A stretch of DNA of 64,000 nt. It comes from Hormiphora californensis. Taxonomy: Eukaryota > Animalia > Ctenophora. The DNA lies in contig CM035351.1 of NCBI GenBank assembly GCA_020137815.1, positions 8,804,001 through 8,868,000 on the forward strand, in the 5' to 3' direction. This document shows positions 53,801 through 64,000 of this stretch, piece by piece. Position 1 is the stretch's first letter. Every line of letters starts with the position of its first letter. Under the pieces are notes generated by a model that saw only the letters and a list, made by a program, of their open reading frames with translations, searched no databases and was not told the DNA's origin. The position numbers and the translations under genes were made by a program.

Positions 53801-56800
53801 TTATGGGTTGAGTAGATGTTTCTCGCCAATAGCCCTGTGTGTGTATATTAGATGATCATACCTATTGAGTTAGTCACGATATGTTCATTGCTTTGTTTTG
53901 AATAGTTACAGGCGTGTCTCCCTACATATTGTGACATGTACCGCGAAAGTAAGAAGTGAAAACGCCCCTACACCTCACTTTTGACTTCTATATCTAATAT
54001 AACGAAACTGTTGAGTTCTGCCTCTGGCACGGTACTGATAGTTCTAGTTCTATGACCTATCTCATAATCCTGTGTGGTCGCAGATGTTTAGTGTGAGCTG
54101 ATCTGTGTTTCCCTCTCTCGTTTTGTCTCGTCTGGAAAGGCTCTTTCTCAGCCTCATGAGCCCCGGGGTGCGGTATGTCTCAACACAAAGTTGTCAACTC
54201 ATGTGAAGTGTTTTTTAGGAGGGCCCATATAATCTTTCTTTAACTAGTTTTGTTTCTGGTTTCTATTGTAGTTTCCAAAATGCAGTTGAATTTTGAGTTG
54301 TCATATTGCCCCACGACCACCACAACCCCTGACTAAAACCCCTGTCTCTAGGCTCTGGCTCTATAATAATATACTTGTGCCACTGGGACGACCACCACAA
54401 CCCCTGACCAAAAGTCACCTCTGCTTGTCAATATCTGGCTACAAACAAACGATCAATGGCACATTATATTTTGTGGTTGTCACTTGTCAGTCGCTACTCT
54501 TAAATAGTAAATCTATCCTATTATGTACATATTCACCATCTCCATGTAATATGACACTACAGTCTAATTGATTAGTAATTTCTCTCTCTCTGTGCATGTC
54601 ACCTGTAGGTCAGTCGACAGTTTCAGGCTTTTCGGCACTACTTTAAACAATTAATTTGAGGTCTGTGACCTCGAAGAGTGAAAGTAGCCAATTAATTTTG
54701 TTTTGCAGTTTGCAGTCTCATGGTCGTCAGGAGGTGGTGGGTAGCTTGCTGACTTTAACAGGGAGCAGTTCGACTAGAGATTGTGCTATCGATACACTCA
54801 TTTTGATAAAGGAGCGTACTGGAGATGCACTGGATAGATATGTATCTCTCCTAGGGAGTCTTCTGGACTATCTTAACACGCTCACTTTACAGCAGGCTAG
54901 AAAGGTAAGATACACTTCTATATAACAGTGCTCGTTCAATATAAGACTTCTAACCAGAAGTCCTGATATTTCAGTTCTTTCTCCCCTTATAGTCAAGTGT
55001 ACTAGCACGAAGAGTTTAGCGTAAGCGATGATGTGAAATCGTCCGTATCGATATATTGTAACTACAAACTACTGCACGTGTTAACTGTTAGGTGTTATAC
55101 ATCACTTTTAAGCATGCACTCTCTGTCACTACAGGTGTTATTCCTCCTTGTGTCCCTAAAGTCAGCATCCTCAACTGTAACGGATGATGTTCACATCCTG
55201 ACTAGGAAGTACCTGAGTCACCCTGACACGAGGCTGAATAGACTGGGCACCATTGGTGCATGTGCCCTCTTGCAACACCTCTCCCTGATCACTGAGTCTC
55301 CTAAAAAGGCAGCGGTAAGTTATCGCTGTTGGATAAAATCATGTTCAAAATCCCAAAAGTAAGAACATATTTTGGTTTCCCCGAATTCGCATACTTATAC
55401 TTTTTATGGAAAATTCTCATGAGCTTTTTAACAAACATATTTTCTTATTTCGATTTTATGCTACGCTTGCTACCTCTTCCTCTCCACCCATTGGGTGGGC
55501 TTCGCCGGGTGGTTCTTTTCGTCACTTTCAACGTGAAAAAACGGTTGCCATGGCAACTGAATTGGTAACTATGGGGACTGGCATGTTAAGGGTACACCGA
55601 CCGAAATTTTTTGTCGAGTGCAGGGCAATCTCTCACCGTAGGGTTGTAGGCCATGCCAAGGAGACCTCAAATATGCAATTTGAGCTCTCAAGTCGAATTC
55701 ATATTTTTGCTACAGCTGTTTAAAAAATGTCCTGTAAATTCGTTTTTGGCATCTCAAAAAAATTTTTTTAAAGATAGGAGCATGAAAATTTGGGGATTTG
55801 AAGAGGACATAAAGGTGAATAACCACAAAAATTTTTTTTGCAATCCGAGCTGATTTCCGGTCCTGAGATGGATTTCTTTTTTTCCACTTTAACGCCCTAT
55901 TTGGCAAAGTTCCGAAAACATGTGAAAGCTGTAAATTGGTGAAAAGTTGCGTCTAACGATTATCTAAGTGGCCATAAATTTTGGGCGTATCCTTATTTGA
56001 GATAAGCTGTACAGAGTTTTTTTTGTGAAAGCCGTCATTTCAGAAATAAATAAATTCCCTGTATCTCAAAAACGGCTGATCGTAGAGACCTGAGACTATG
56101 CTTAAACGATTCAGAAGGTCCGATTTTGGGGGGGTCTTCTGAGAGACATTTTGCTCCTACTTCAACCGTTTTTGCTGTAATTGCGAAAAACAAAAATTCA
56201 TCTTCGCCATCGTGGATTTTTTGTGATTTTGTTTTTGGTGATTATAGGGACCCATATGGACCGAATAGTGAAGGAATTAGCTTGTTACACATTTTTCCAT
56301 CGTTTCGGTCCTTTCCTAGCCAAAATTCCCTAATTACAGGATATTGGAGTTTAGCTTTTGCCCTTTTCATAGAATTTGTTTTTCGCAGTTACAGCAAAAA
56401 CGGTTGAAGTAGGAGCAAAATGTCTCTCAGAAGACCCCCCCAAAATCGGACCTTCTGAATCGTTTAAGCATAGTCTCAGGTCTCTACGATCAGCCGTTTT
56501 TGAGATACAGGGAATTTATTTATTTCTGAAATGACGGCTTTCACAAAAAAAACTCTGTACAGCTTATCTCAAATAAGGATACGCCCAAAATTTATGGCCA
56601 CTTAGATAATCGTTAGACGCAACTTTTCACCAATTTACAGCTTTCACATGTTTTCGGAACTTTGCCAAATAGGGCGTTAAAGTGGAAAAAAAGAAATCCA
56701 TCTCAGGACCGGAAATCAGCTCGGATTGCAAAAAAATTTTTTGTGGTTATTCACCTTCATGTCCTCTTCAAATCCCCAAATTTTCATGCTCCTATCTTTA

Positions 56801-59800
56801 AAAAAATTTTTTTGAGATGCCAAAAACGAATTTACAGGACATTTTTTAAACAGCTGTAGCAAAAATATGAATTCGACTTGAGAGCTCAAATTGTATATTT
56901 GAGGTCTCCTTGGCATGGCCTACAACCCTACGGTGAGAGATTGCCCTGCACTCGACAAAAAATTTCGGTCGGTGTACCCTTAAAAGTCATTCGAAAATAT
57001 TAACAAACTTCCACTGGAAGTTCCAAAAGTGTGAATGACAGCTTTACAGCTTTGGGCACATAAAGTATTTTATGAAGGAGCACTGTCGCGTAGAAACGCA
57101 CTGAACGAACGACCATCACGACGTCGTTCATCTCCAAATTATAATAGAGACTAGCGCACCCATTGGGTGCGCACCCAAGTAAGGGCTTTTTGGTAACCCA
57201 CACGGCTTCGCCGTGTGGTTGTTTTTGCCACTTTTAACGGAAATAACACGGTTGCCATGGCAACTGAAGTGGTAACTATGGGGACTGAATTGTTAAAATT
57301 CATTCGAATATAATAAGAAACTTCCACTGGAAGTTCCAAAAGTGTGAGCAACAGCTTTACAACTTTGGTCGCATAAAATTTTTATGAAGGAGCACCCATT
57401 CCTAGGTACTACCCGCATCCTCCATATCCTTAAATCGATAGTGTTTACGCAGTGAATACAGAGCGAATGCAGAGTGAATGCAGAGCGAATGCAGAGTGAA
57501 TGCAGAGTGAATGCAGAGCGAATGCAGAGTGAATGCAGAGCGAATGCAGAGTGAATGCAGAGTGAATGCAGAGTGGTTCCAGAGTGAATACGCAGTGAAT
57601 GCAGAGTGAATACGCAATCATTGGGGATATCCTACCAGAACTGTTTACGCAGTGAATACAGAGTGAATACGCAGTGAATACAGAGCGAATACGCAGTGAA
57701 TACGCAGTGAATGCAGAGCGAATACGCAATCATACCAGAACTAGAATGCCGTAAATACGCAGTGATAAAAAATTGGATATTGTTGCTACAACCCGAAAAA
57801 AGTGGTTTTGTCTCTCTCTCCCTCTCTATCTCCCTCTCCCTCTCCCTCTCTATCTCTATCTCTATCTCTATCTCTATCTCCCTCTCTATCTCTATCTCTA
57901 TCTCTATCTCCCTCTCTCTATCTCCCTCTCTCTATCTCCCTCTCTCTATCTCTATCTCCCTCTCCCTCTCTATCTCCCTCTCTATCTCTATCTCTATCTC
58001 TATCTCTATCTCTATCTCTATCTCTATCTCTATCTCTATCTCTATCTCTATATCTCCCTCTCCCTCTCTATCTCCCTCTCTATCTCCCTCTCTATCTCCC
58101 TCTCTATCTCTATCTCTATCTCCCTCTCTCTATCTCCCTCTCCCTCTCTATCTCCCTCTCCCTTTTGTTTGCGTTACCGGCCTCATGCCTGTTTGCTTGT
58201 GACTTACCATACAATATCCAATTTTTTATCACTGCGTATTTACGGCATTCTAGTTCTGGTAGGATATTACCAATGATTGCGTATTCGCTCTGCATTCACT
58301 GCGTATTCACTCTGGAACCACTCTGCATTCACTCTGCATTCACTCTGCATTCGCTCTGCATTCACTCTGCATTCGCTCTGCATTCGCTCTGCATTCACTC
58401 TGCATTCATTCTGCATTCACTCTGCATTCGCTCTGTATTCACTGCGTAAACACTATCGATTTAAGGATATGGAGGATGCGGGTAGTACCCATTCCTACCC
58501 GGTTTTTTATTTGTGGTTTTTTGATCTTTGATGTCGATTTTTTCAAAAACCCTACATGGGATTAGACTAATTCTTTTTCTAATCGACTAAGCTAATCCTG
58601 AGCTTTCGAAAACACACCCTATTGATATAGATCGGATGAAAAAACTTCGACGCGACATCTCCAAATTATAATATAGATAGTAGGGTGGATAACCGATTAC
58701 ACGTCAGTGACACACGGTGCATACCAAATTTACCACTAATTTGTTCTAGACCTTCTTCGAACAAGTCGTCTGCTTGATAAAGAGGAGCATTGAGCTAAGA
58801 GCTTTTTTCTTGGAAGAACTATCCTCCAGTATCCTAAGAATGGAGAGCAGCTTTGCTCAACATGTCTTTGAGAACAATGCGGAACACTTTCACGAGATGT
58901 TCGTCTCTGATACCCCCACATCCAGTTCAAGTAGGGTAAGTGGTAGATTTCTCACACAATTGGGGCCACTTATGTTGATGGCTGTGATGGCCACAATTTC
59001 TAAATAATCTTGCACCATATTGTGGCCACCACACCTGTTATAGCTAATGGCAATTTGCCACAGTGGTACCTAATCTGATATCAATGAATGAGATCTGTTC
59101 AGGATTAAATAGGGAGGAAAATTAGAAAAATATCTGGCGAGGGCCGGGCTCGAACCGACAACCTCTGGGTTTCGCGTCCATTGCTCTACCTATTGAGCTA
59201 CTATTGTACAGTAGGGCGTGTATGTGTGAGAGAGAAAGTGAGATTAGCAGCCAGAGAAGATATTAAAAATCTTGTTCCGATAATCTGATATCAAGCCCCA
59301 TTAATTCCCTTTTTCTTAAAAGAAACTGTTACGAGTTAGATGCGTTATTTCAGGCTGCTGATATTCTGTGTATAGAGGGGGAAGATACCCTGAACGGAAG
59401 TGCATTCGTCAGTATCGATCTGTGGCGTATAGCTGAGGAGCGAAAGAATCTTATCCTTCTCTTTCCCCTTCTTCGTCTCCTCGGGTTCTCTCTTCAAAGC
59501 TCTGGTCGCCCAGATATGGCTGACATAGACGTTGTAGTTGGTAGGTCCCCGCTCATAATATGAGCCTCATACATTAGAAAAGTTCCCCTAGGTCATTCTA
59601 CAGTCGGACCCCGATTTACCGGGCCCCGATTTACCGGAACCCCGATTTACCGGGAGGATAAATTTCCCCCGATCTAGGAAATTAACGGTATTTGACCCCG
59701 ATATACCGGACACCCCGATTTACCGGGCAAAACCCTTTCCCCCGAGCATCCCGGTAAATCGGGGTCCGACTGTACTAGAACAATAGTCAATACTGGCCAC

Positions 59801-61850
59801 TCTTCCCCCAGAAATGTATCTAATTCTAAATAATATTTCAGGTTGTCATATCAGAATGGCTCCTCTTGATACCCTCACCCCATCAGACTCCCTGGCCCTC
59901 ATTACCCTGTATAACTTTGCGGTCGAGATAGTTAACGTCTTCCACATAGAGGCCCGGCCCTCCATGAGGTCTAAGGTGGTGCAACGTTTGGAATTGTTGC
60001 TCCGGCTGCTCCGAAAGATCACCTTCCTAAGTCCCTCCCCCAGGAATCTGATACCTGTGACAGGTGACCTGATACCCAGTCGTGGTGATCAGGTAGGCCG
60101 GGTTACCAGATCAAACTCAGGTGGAGCTGGTGCTGCAGACTCCTCAACCTGTGACATCCTAAACACAACAGACAAACCAACCCAACAAATGGAACACACA
60201 TTGATTGAGCAGAAAGAAGAGGTGAAAACTGAGGTAACAAGCATGGCGGCATTAGACAAGTTAACTGGGTATGTCAGAGAACTGGACGTGAAAGTGCTAC
60301 AGATACTGAAATATAATAACACAAAACCGGAGAAGGATGCCGATGAATCAGGTCATACCTTCTCTCTCTCCCTCCCCATTGTATGTCTACTATTAGAGGA
60401 TACCCTTAGGAAATGTAAGGTGAAGTTAAAATCTAACCCGTTTGCCAAGGGTGGCAACTCTGGACTGAAGGGTTTAACGGAGGAAGGTTTAGTTAGGGAG
60501 ATACTGGATGTCCTACCAGAGATATGTCAGTTAATGGAGGACAATCAACCAACCTCCACTCCACCAAGTGAGTCCTCTCAACCCTCCACCCAGGAGGAAC
60601 TTGACGCGATGGACCCCGCCAAGACTCGCCTGTTTGAACTTGTCTTTGCAGTTCTGGAGCTAGTATTCAGCTGGCCTGGGTTCTCCTCGGACACCCAGGA
60701 GGGATGGTTGGAGGTGCTGGGAGGCCGGAGTGTGGGAACACAGGGACCATTATCAGCACGGCGTCGTAGGACCCTCCAATACCTCCTCTCATTCTCTGAG
60801 GGATGTTCCTCCTTCTCCAGCCAGGTCAGCCTGGTGAGATGCTGCAGTGTGATTGCGGATGGGCAACACTCCCGACTGGGGGAGATCTGCAGGAAGTGTC
60901 TGGAGGGTACCTGGGAGGGTGGACCTAAACATAATGACGGGGTGGCCATGTTGGTCAAGTGTTGGCTGGAACACGGAGCTGAGATGGAGGAAGTGGTGGG
61001 AGAGTTACAGACGGTTGTAGACAAATCTGGAAGCAACCTTCCCTCTCTTACCCGGGGGACCCTGCCCCTGGCGTACAGGGTAGTTTGTGAGAAACTAGTG
61101 GTTAACCTGAGGAAGATCAATACAGATACACCTGACGAGAACACGGTGACTGACTTGGCAGAGTGTGTGAATCATTTTGCAGTTCTCATCTCCTTCATCA
61201 AGCAAATCAACAACTCCCGCCCCATGATTCGTTCAGCCCTGACCCTGGGACAGCGGTTCCTCGATCTCTTCCTATCTAAAGGGTTACCAGCCCTGTCTGG
61301 TCTTATGAAGGATCAATGGCTTGAAGTCCAGTCCATATTAAAGAGGCTACAAACACCAACACGGTATCTCCACCATGTGACGGGTCACTCCAAGTCAATT
61401 CGAGATATAGCTCTGACGGCTAAGGTACCCCAGATGAAGAAGACCCTAGAACACCTAGTGTTGAAGGTTAAGGCAATGCTGGCTGCTCACGGGTGTTCCG
61501 CTGCCTTCTGGCTGGGTAATCTGAAGCAGAGGGACCTAAAGGGACAGGAGATACTCTCCCAGGAACCCCAGGAGGAGGAGGAAGAGGAGGATGGAGCTGG
61601 TAGCGATATCAGTGAACTGAGTATTGACACTGATGGAGGGGAGGAGGATCCTTGTAACGATTCCGAGCCATGTAAGTCAGAGAGTATAGTTGCAAGATTT
61701 AATAGTTCTAAACTTAAGCTTACCTTTAGGTGCCTTGCACCGCCATGTTTCATCGAGCCCCGTAAAAATAAAAAGGGTTTGAACCTTTAGTTCGCTAACC
61801 AAGAATATCATATATTTTCAGATAGTGAAAGCATGTCTATTGGCTATTGA
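37955..61850 (+). CDS. FANCD2: Fanconi anemia group D2 protein, multi-exon
   Basis: Exons (several junctions checked for phase) 37955-38070, 38287-38373, 49925-~50067, ~50174-50286, ~50536-50692, 52742-~52901, ~53153-53372, ~53524-53654, 54709-~54904, ~55135-55315, ~58750-58934, ~59354-59540, ~59842-61671, 61822-61850; motifs LIVAQFRWL, QEVVGSL, KTLEHLVLKVKAML..AFWLGNLKQRDLKGQEI. Confidence 0.9.
39308..40122. repeat. 46-bp minisatellite (GTAACTGCAGAATGAACTAGGTGTGACTGGTACAATGATAGGCAGG)n, ~18 copies
   Basis: Head-to-tail near-identical units with no spacers. Confidence 0.95.
41377..41990. mobile_element. Non-autonomous TIR element with poly-G/poly-C ends and (TTAGCTTTTT)n subterminal arrays
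   Basis: G8TCCAGCCCTAAAAAAAGCTAA mirrored at the right end; AAAACA(GG) duplicated on the flanks. Confidence 0.75.
43113..43699. mobile_element. DINE-1/HINE-like non-autonomous repeat
   Basis: Hairpin TTTTTAGCACG-CA-CGTGCTAAAAA, TCCGTCCGTCTGTCC microsatellite, terminal block shared with 14931-14979. Confidence 0.5.
43951..47386 (-). mobile_element. Second full-length RTE-clade LINE (different family), in FANCD2 intron 2
   Basis: TSD CTTTAGA at 43944-43950 and 47387-47393; (AAGT)n tail; EN+RT ORF. Confidence 0.9.
43965..46918 (-). pseudogene. RTE EN+RT ORF with two +1 frameshifts (~45725, ~45407); may be assembly errors
   Basis: Three overlapping ORFs with GTLNCRTL, GDFNA, SDH, FIDFCKAFDS, QGD, FADD, YLGS. 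Confidence 0.8.
47451..48030. mobile_element. Palindromic MITE with TTAA TSD and purine termini (Kolobok-like)
   Basis: TTAA|AGGGCCTAAAAACCCAAATTTTATTTA ... TAAAATTTGGGTTTTTAGGCCCT|TTAA. Confidence 0.8.
48060..48888 (-). CDS. Sulfotransferase-domain (Sulfotransfer_4-like, P-loop fold) protein with a C-terminal TM; 2 exons; nested antisense in FANCD2 intron 2
   Basis: Exons 48888-48858 and 48751-48060 join to LKLIGVGYARTGTYSLKHALSTLG..YHFED; YDAVVDFP, VVLTKR..EEWVRS, YETHN, YPRLN. Confidence 0.8.
49195..49432. mobile_element. Palindromic MITE
   Basis: ~95-bp inverted arms starting TTTCTATGTAGAGTGCGG, with an internal short duplication. Confidence 0.7.
49444..49837. mobile_element. MITE with poly-G termini and a 4-bp TSD AACT (Sola-like, tentative)
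   Basis: AACT|G11CTGCCGCAA..AATCTC ... GAGATTCTTGCGGCAGC9|AACT. Confidence 0.7.
50996..51003 (+). promoter_or_regulatory. TATA box of the nested protease gene
   Basis: TATAAATA ~50 bp upstream of ATG 51050. Confidence 0.6.
51050..52303 (+). CDS. Secreted papain-family (C1A, cathepsin L-like) cysteine protease with a C-terminal ShK domain; intronless; nested in a FANCD2 intron
   Basis: Signal peptide MKIVLVCLLAVAFA, I29-like propeptide (VNKFS), QGSCGSCW, NHAV, KNSWG; ShK CKD..C..W..YC......YMKKNCAKTCNYC at 52118-52222. Confidence 0.92.
   Translation: MKIVLVCLLAVAFAEDPLRSVLRSSSATASLFRQMKVKNHLNFGRSEDSFRFRLFRSSAMKVADYNEDVEDTAQYAVNKFSFMTPMEKQSYLGLNVSGLEMGPEPTGLQSFNAPEKVLWTNTGDVTPVKNQGSCGSCWTFGAVGGLETHYKQKSGVLRNFAEQEYLDCVYEGRRNGCNGGWMSDCYDWSAKNGGRIAATSAMPYRGSDGTCRSSSTANGAKAYKISGNTPVSRSESAHLEALTKGSIAVAFEVTDKFFQYDGTIMKDTTCRGSANHAVTMVGYTKSFILVKNSWGTNWGDQGFVKFARNYHNCHLYDYSSYPALTSTGSSDSGSDAATNYKPDESDDGPSPNPDPDCKDNVSDCAKWSSYCSANGWVDYMKKNCAKTCNYCEGGDGGDCPSGTIRCPDGKCRHEHMC
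54617..54705 (+). ncRNA. Candidate spliced-leader (SL) RNA gene or relic
   Basis: AGTTTCAGGCTTTTCGGCACTACTTTAAACAATTAATTTGAG|GT, hairpin GAGGTC-TGT-GACCTC over the donor, Sm-like AATTTTG at 54694-54700; resembles ctenophore SL exons as recalled. Confidence 0.55.
55590..56979. mobile_element. Foldback element with ~600-bp TIRs and TTAA TSD (Kolobok-like)
   Basis: TTAA|GGGTACACCGACCGAAA ... TTTCGGTCGGTGTACCC|TTAA; mirrored ORFs 55710(-)/56662(+). Confidence 0.88.
57151..58677 (-). mobile_element. Non-autonomous Helitron-like unit, in tandem with a second unit extending from 57150 to ~55480
   Basis: Minus strand A|TCTATATTATAATTTGGAGATG start; hairpin GCGCACCCAATGGGTGCGC then CTAG; the next unit starts immediately with TCTCTATTATAATTTGGAGATG. 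Confidence 0.6.
57405..58489. mobile_element. Merlin-like non-autonomous element with long TIRs carrying 10-bp (GAATGCAGAG)-type arrays and a central TC/ATCT microsatellite
   Basis: 8-bp TSD CATTCCTA (57397-57404, 58490-58497); GGTACTACCCGCATCC termini. Confidence 0.8.
59135..59201 (-). other. tRNA-derived fragment (SINE head or pseudo-tRNA)
   Basis: A box TAGCTCAATAGGT and B box GGTTCGAGCCC present; acceptor and anticodon stems do not pair fully. Confidence 0.6.
59601..59772. mobile_element. TA-flanked MITE of the CAGTCGGACCCCGATTTA family
   Basis: Both TIRs, internal CCCCGATTTACCGG repeats, TA flanks. Confidence 0.88.
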
Positions 61851-62056
61851 CGAGAAACAGCAATCCAGATTTTTAATAATTTTTGTAGAATGCTTATTTT
61901 TAATTTATACGATCATTATTATAGCTGTGTTTATTATGTGGATGTTACAAAACCCCTTGCCTTGCTCGACCCTGCTTCCCACGCCCCGCCCAAATGTAAA
62001 GGAGGGTTAGAACACAACAAAAAGACCCTCTTCATAATAATATTCCCAATAGCAGT

Positions 62057-63618
62057 ATGACATCACTTCATATAGCATTCCTGACGTTCTTCATTATAGT
62101 GACAGCTGCAAGTACCGAAGAATACATCCTAGGTAAGATCGACTTTTTGAATAGAACTATAATTTTGATTTCGAAAACCTGGTACAATGAAGCATATATT
62201 CAAATAGTAATTAGGATCTCAAAAATTACTGTAATTATTTAATCCCCAATATCTCTTTACAGAGTGTACAATTAAGACTACCAATTCTCTAAAAAGAGTG
62301 ATACGATACTCAGAGTAAGTCAGCTTTAATTTAATGCTAAGAATTAGATAAATCACGATTTATGCGAACCACAATTTATGCGAACTACGATTTACCGTGC
62401 ATAAACCTTTACCCGAGGAGTCCTGTAAATCGAGGTTTTATTGTGTGCCCTACTTTACCAATTCAATCACTGCAGTCACGTGGATGAGTGTGGAGTTGAC
62501 TATACCTGCTCACAGAACTGTTATCAGAGTGTTATCGACGAAGTCTTCCACGGGTAATTATAACTCTGCAGTCTGCAGTCTGCATTGTAACAAGATTGAA
62601 ATCTAATTCAAAGCTGCAAGATCAAGAAACAAAATTAACACATTGAGCATGTTAAAAAAAATAATCTAAAGCTCCTTGCAGATCAAGTGGTGCTACAGTA
62701 TCCGATAGGTTCGATATCTCCACGTGTGAATGCAAGCTGAACACCAATGGAACTTTATACCCTGTAAATGACACTTCAGAGTGCGATGAAATCAGGGATT
62801 TTACTCAAAGCTGCTTTCTGAATGATTGTAACGCCTGGGATTTGTGGGACAAGGGAGCCGTGTGTGATGTGACTGCAGACTGCACATGGGAGTGCTGGGA
62901 AAAGATAAAGGAAATAAAGGCCTCCTACAATAATACTCTGTGCCACTGTCACCATGAATATGCTGCATCCAGTAATGAGGACAATGAACTTTGCGAAAGT
63001 AAGATATAACAACTTAGTGTCACATGAAAACAAGTTTATTTTGTGTTCCCCCCACGGCTCACCTTCATAATAGTATAAATTCTACACCGGCATTGAAAAA
63101 AGGCAATTTTTAATAATGAAAACCATTTAACAGGTGCTTTAAATAAGATTGGAAACTGTACCAACAACCCGCCAATGGAGCCAACAGAAAAAGAGCCAAC
63201 TGAAGAAGGTCCAACTACAGAAGAGCCTGTGAAAGACATGTCAATAACAGTAGTACTACTAGTAGTAGTCGGGATCACTCTGTGTTGTATACTTGTACTG
63301 GTGATTCTAAAGAGATGGTGCCTACATGCTGGGAGGGAAGGTAAGCTGAGATTAAAACTCAAGTACAATATTCAGTGAATATCAAGATCATTTAATATTA
63401 CACAATGACCATGATAAAGAGCTAAACGCGTGATTCTCAAGCTGTATTTGAAGCATCTCAACAAAGCTGTGTTTTCAGTAAAGAGGTCAGGAGATTTGAG
63501 GAAGATGATTCCGTTTATTCAGTGGCACTCCATTAGACTTCTTGGTCACACTGAAGAATACCTGAAATCTGGAAAGGACTCGACGAGACTTGAAAAGCGG
63601 GAGGTGAGTACTGAGTAA
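62057..63618 (+). CDS. Type I membrane protein with two Cys-rich (GAS1/GFR-alpha-like) repeats, multi-exon; 3' end uncertain
   Basis: Exons ~62057-62132, 62263-62314, 62477-62553, 62682-62998, 63134-63340, 63478-63603: signal peptide, CSQNC...CEC...C...C and CTWEC...CHC...C...C, PTE stalk, TM ITVVLLVVVGITLCCILVLVIL then KR. Confidence 0.6.
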
Positions 63619-64000
63619 TATTCTTTTACTCCTGAGACTTCACGCCAGTTTTCCGGTGAGACTAACTATTTGGTCTTCAACTTCCCCACATGCATCAAAA
63701 ATATTGATTCATTTCCCTAAAACTACAATCTTTTTATTGGGTAGAACTATTTTGGGTGGGAGACATTTATAAATCAATTGCTTCAAATAAGTTACACTCA
63801 CGCACCCAGGGGACCCACACAGCATTAGGGCTGCAACTAAGGGTCCCTTACTAACAAAACTTGAACTCAACGAAAATTTAGTTTCGCCTTGACGCAATAT
63901 AAAACCATTAGAGAAGGGTTTTCGTGCTGGTTGCTGCGGTATACCACGACCGCAAAACAGGGTCATGCGGCTTTACACTCGGAAGGGAGAAGGTGAAGGG

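Noticed and set aside
54609-54660. AG...GT-bounded segment as a FANCD2 coding exon
   Set aside because: Stops in all frames, and the neighbouring exons already join in phase.
59135-59201. Functional tRNA gene
   Set aside because: Acceptor and anticodon stems do not pair fully; treated as a SINE head or pseudogene. The B-box fragment near 41760-41783 is likewise incomplete.

Overview
Eukaryotic (animal) genomic DNA with spliceosomal genes in a dense, nested transposon landscape. A spliced-leader-like sequence, the repeat families and the nested genes suggest a ctenophore (Pleurobrachia/Hormiphora-like; inference). Host genes: SLC7/LAT-type amino-acid transporter (5'-partial), ZC3H18-like, an orphan low-complexity ORF, TBCB, PRMT9-like, a class A GPCR, ABHD12-like, a ~24 kb FANCD2 gene with two nested intronic genes (an antisense sulfotransferase-domain gene and a same-strand papain protease-ShK fusion), and a Cys-rich GAS1/GFR-alpha-like membrane protein. 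Mobile DNA: a Penelope-like element with pseudo-LTRs, minimal hammerhead ribozymes and an 11-bp TSD, inserted in a non-autonomous Transib/RAG-type element with asymmetric RSS-like (13/23 spacer) ends; two full-length, divergent RTE LINEs sharing a ~205-nt structured 5' leader; and many MITEs, foldbacks and Helitron-like repeats. Best leads: the RSS-like transposon ends, a candidate SL RNA gene overlapping a FANCD2 splice acceptor, and the shared RTE leader. Several small frameshifts, including in conserved host exons, suggest assembly indel errors. All homology calls are by eye; no database searches were run.
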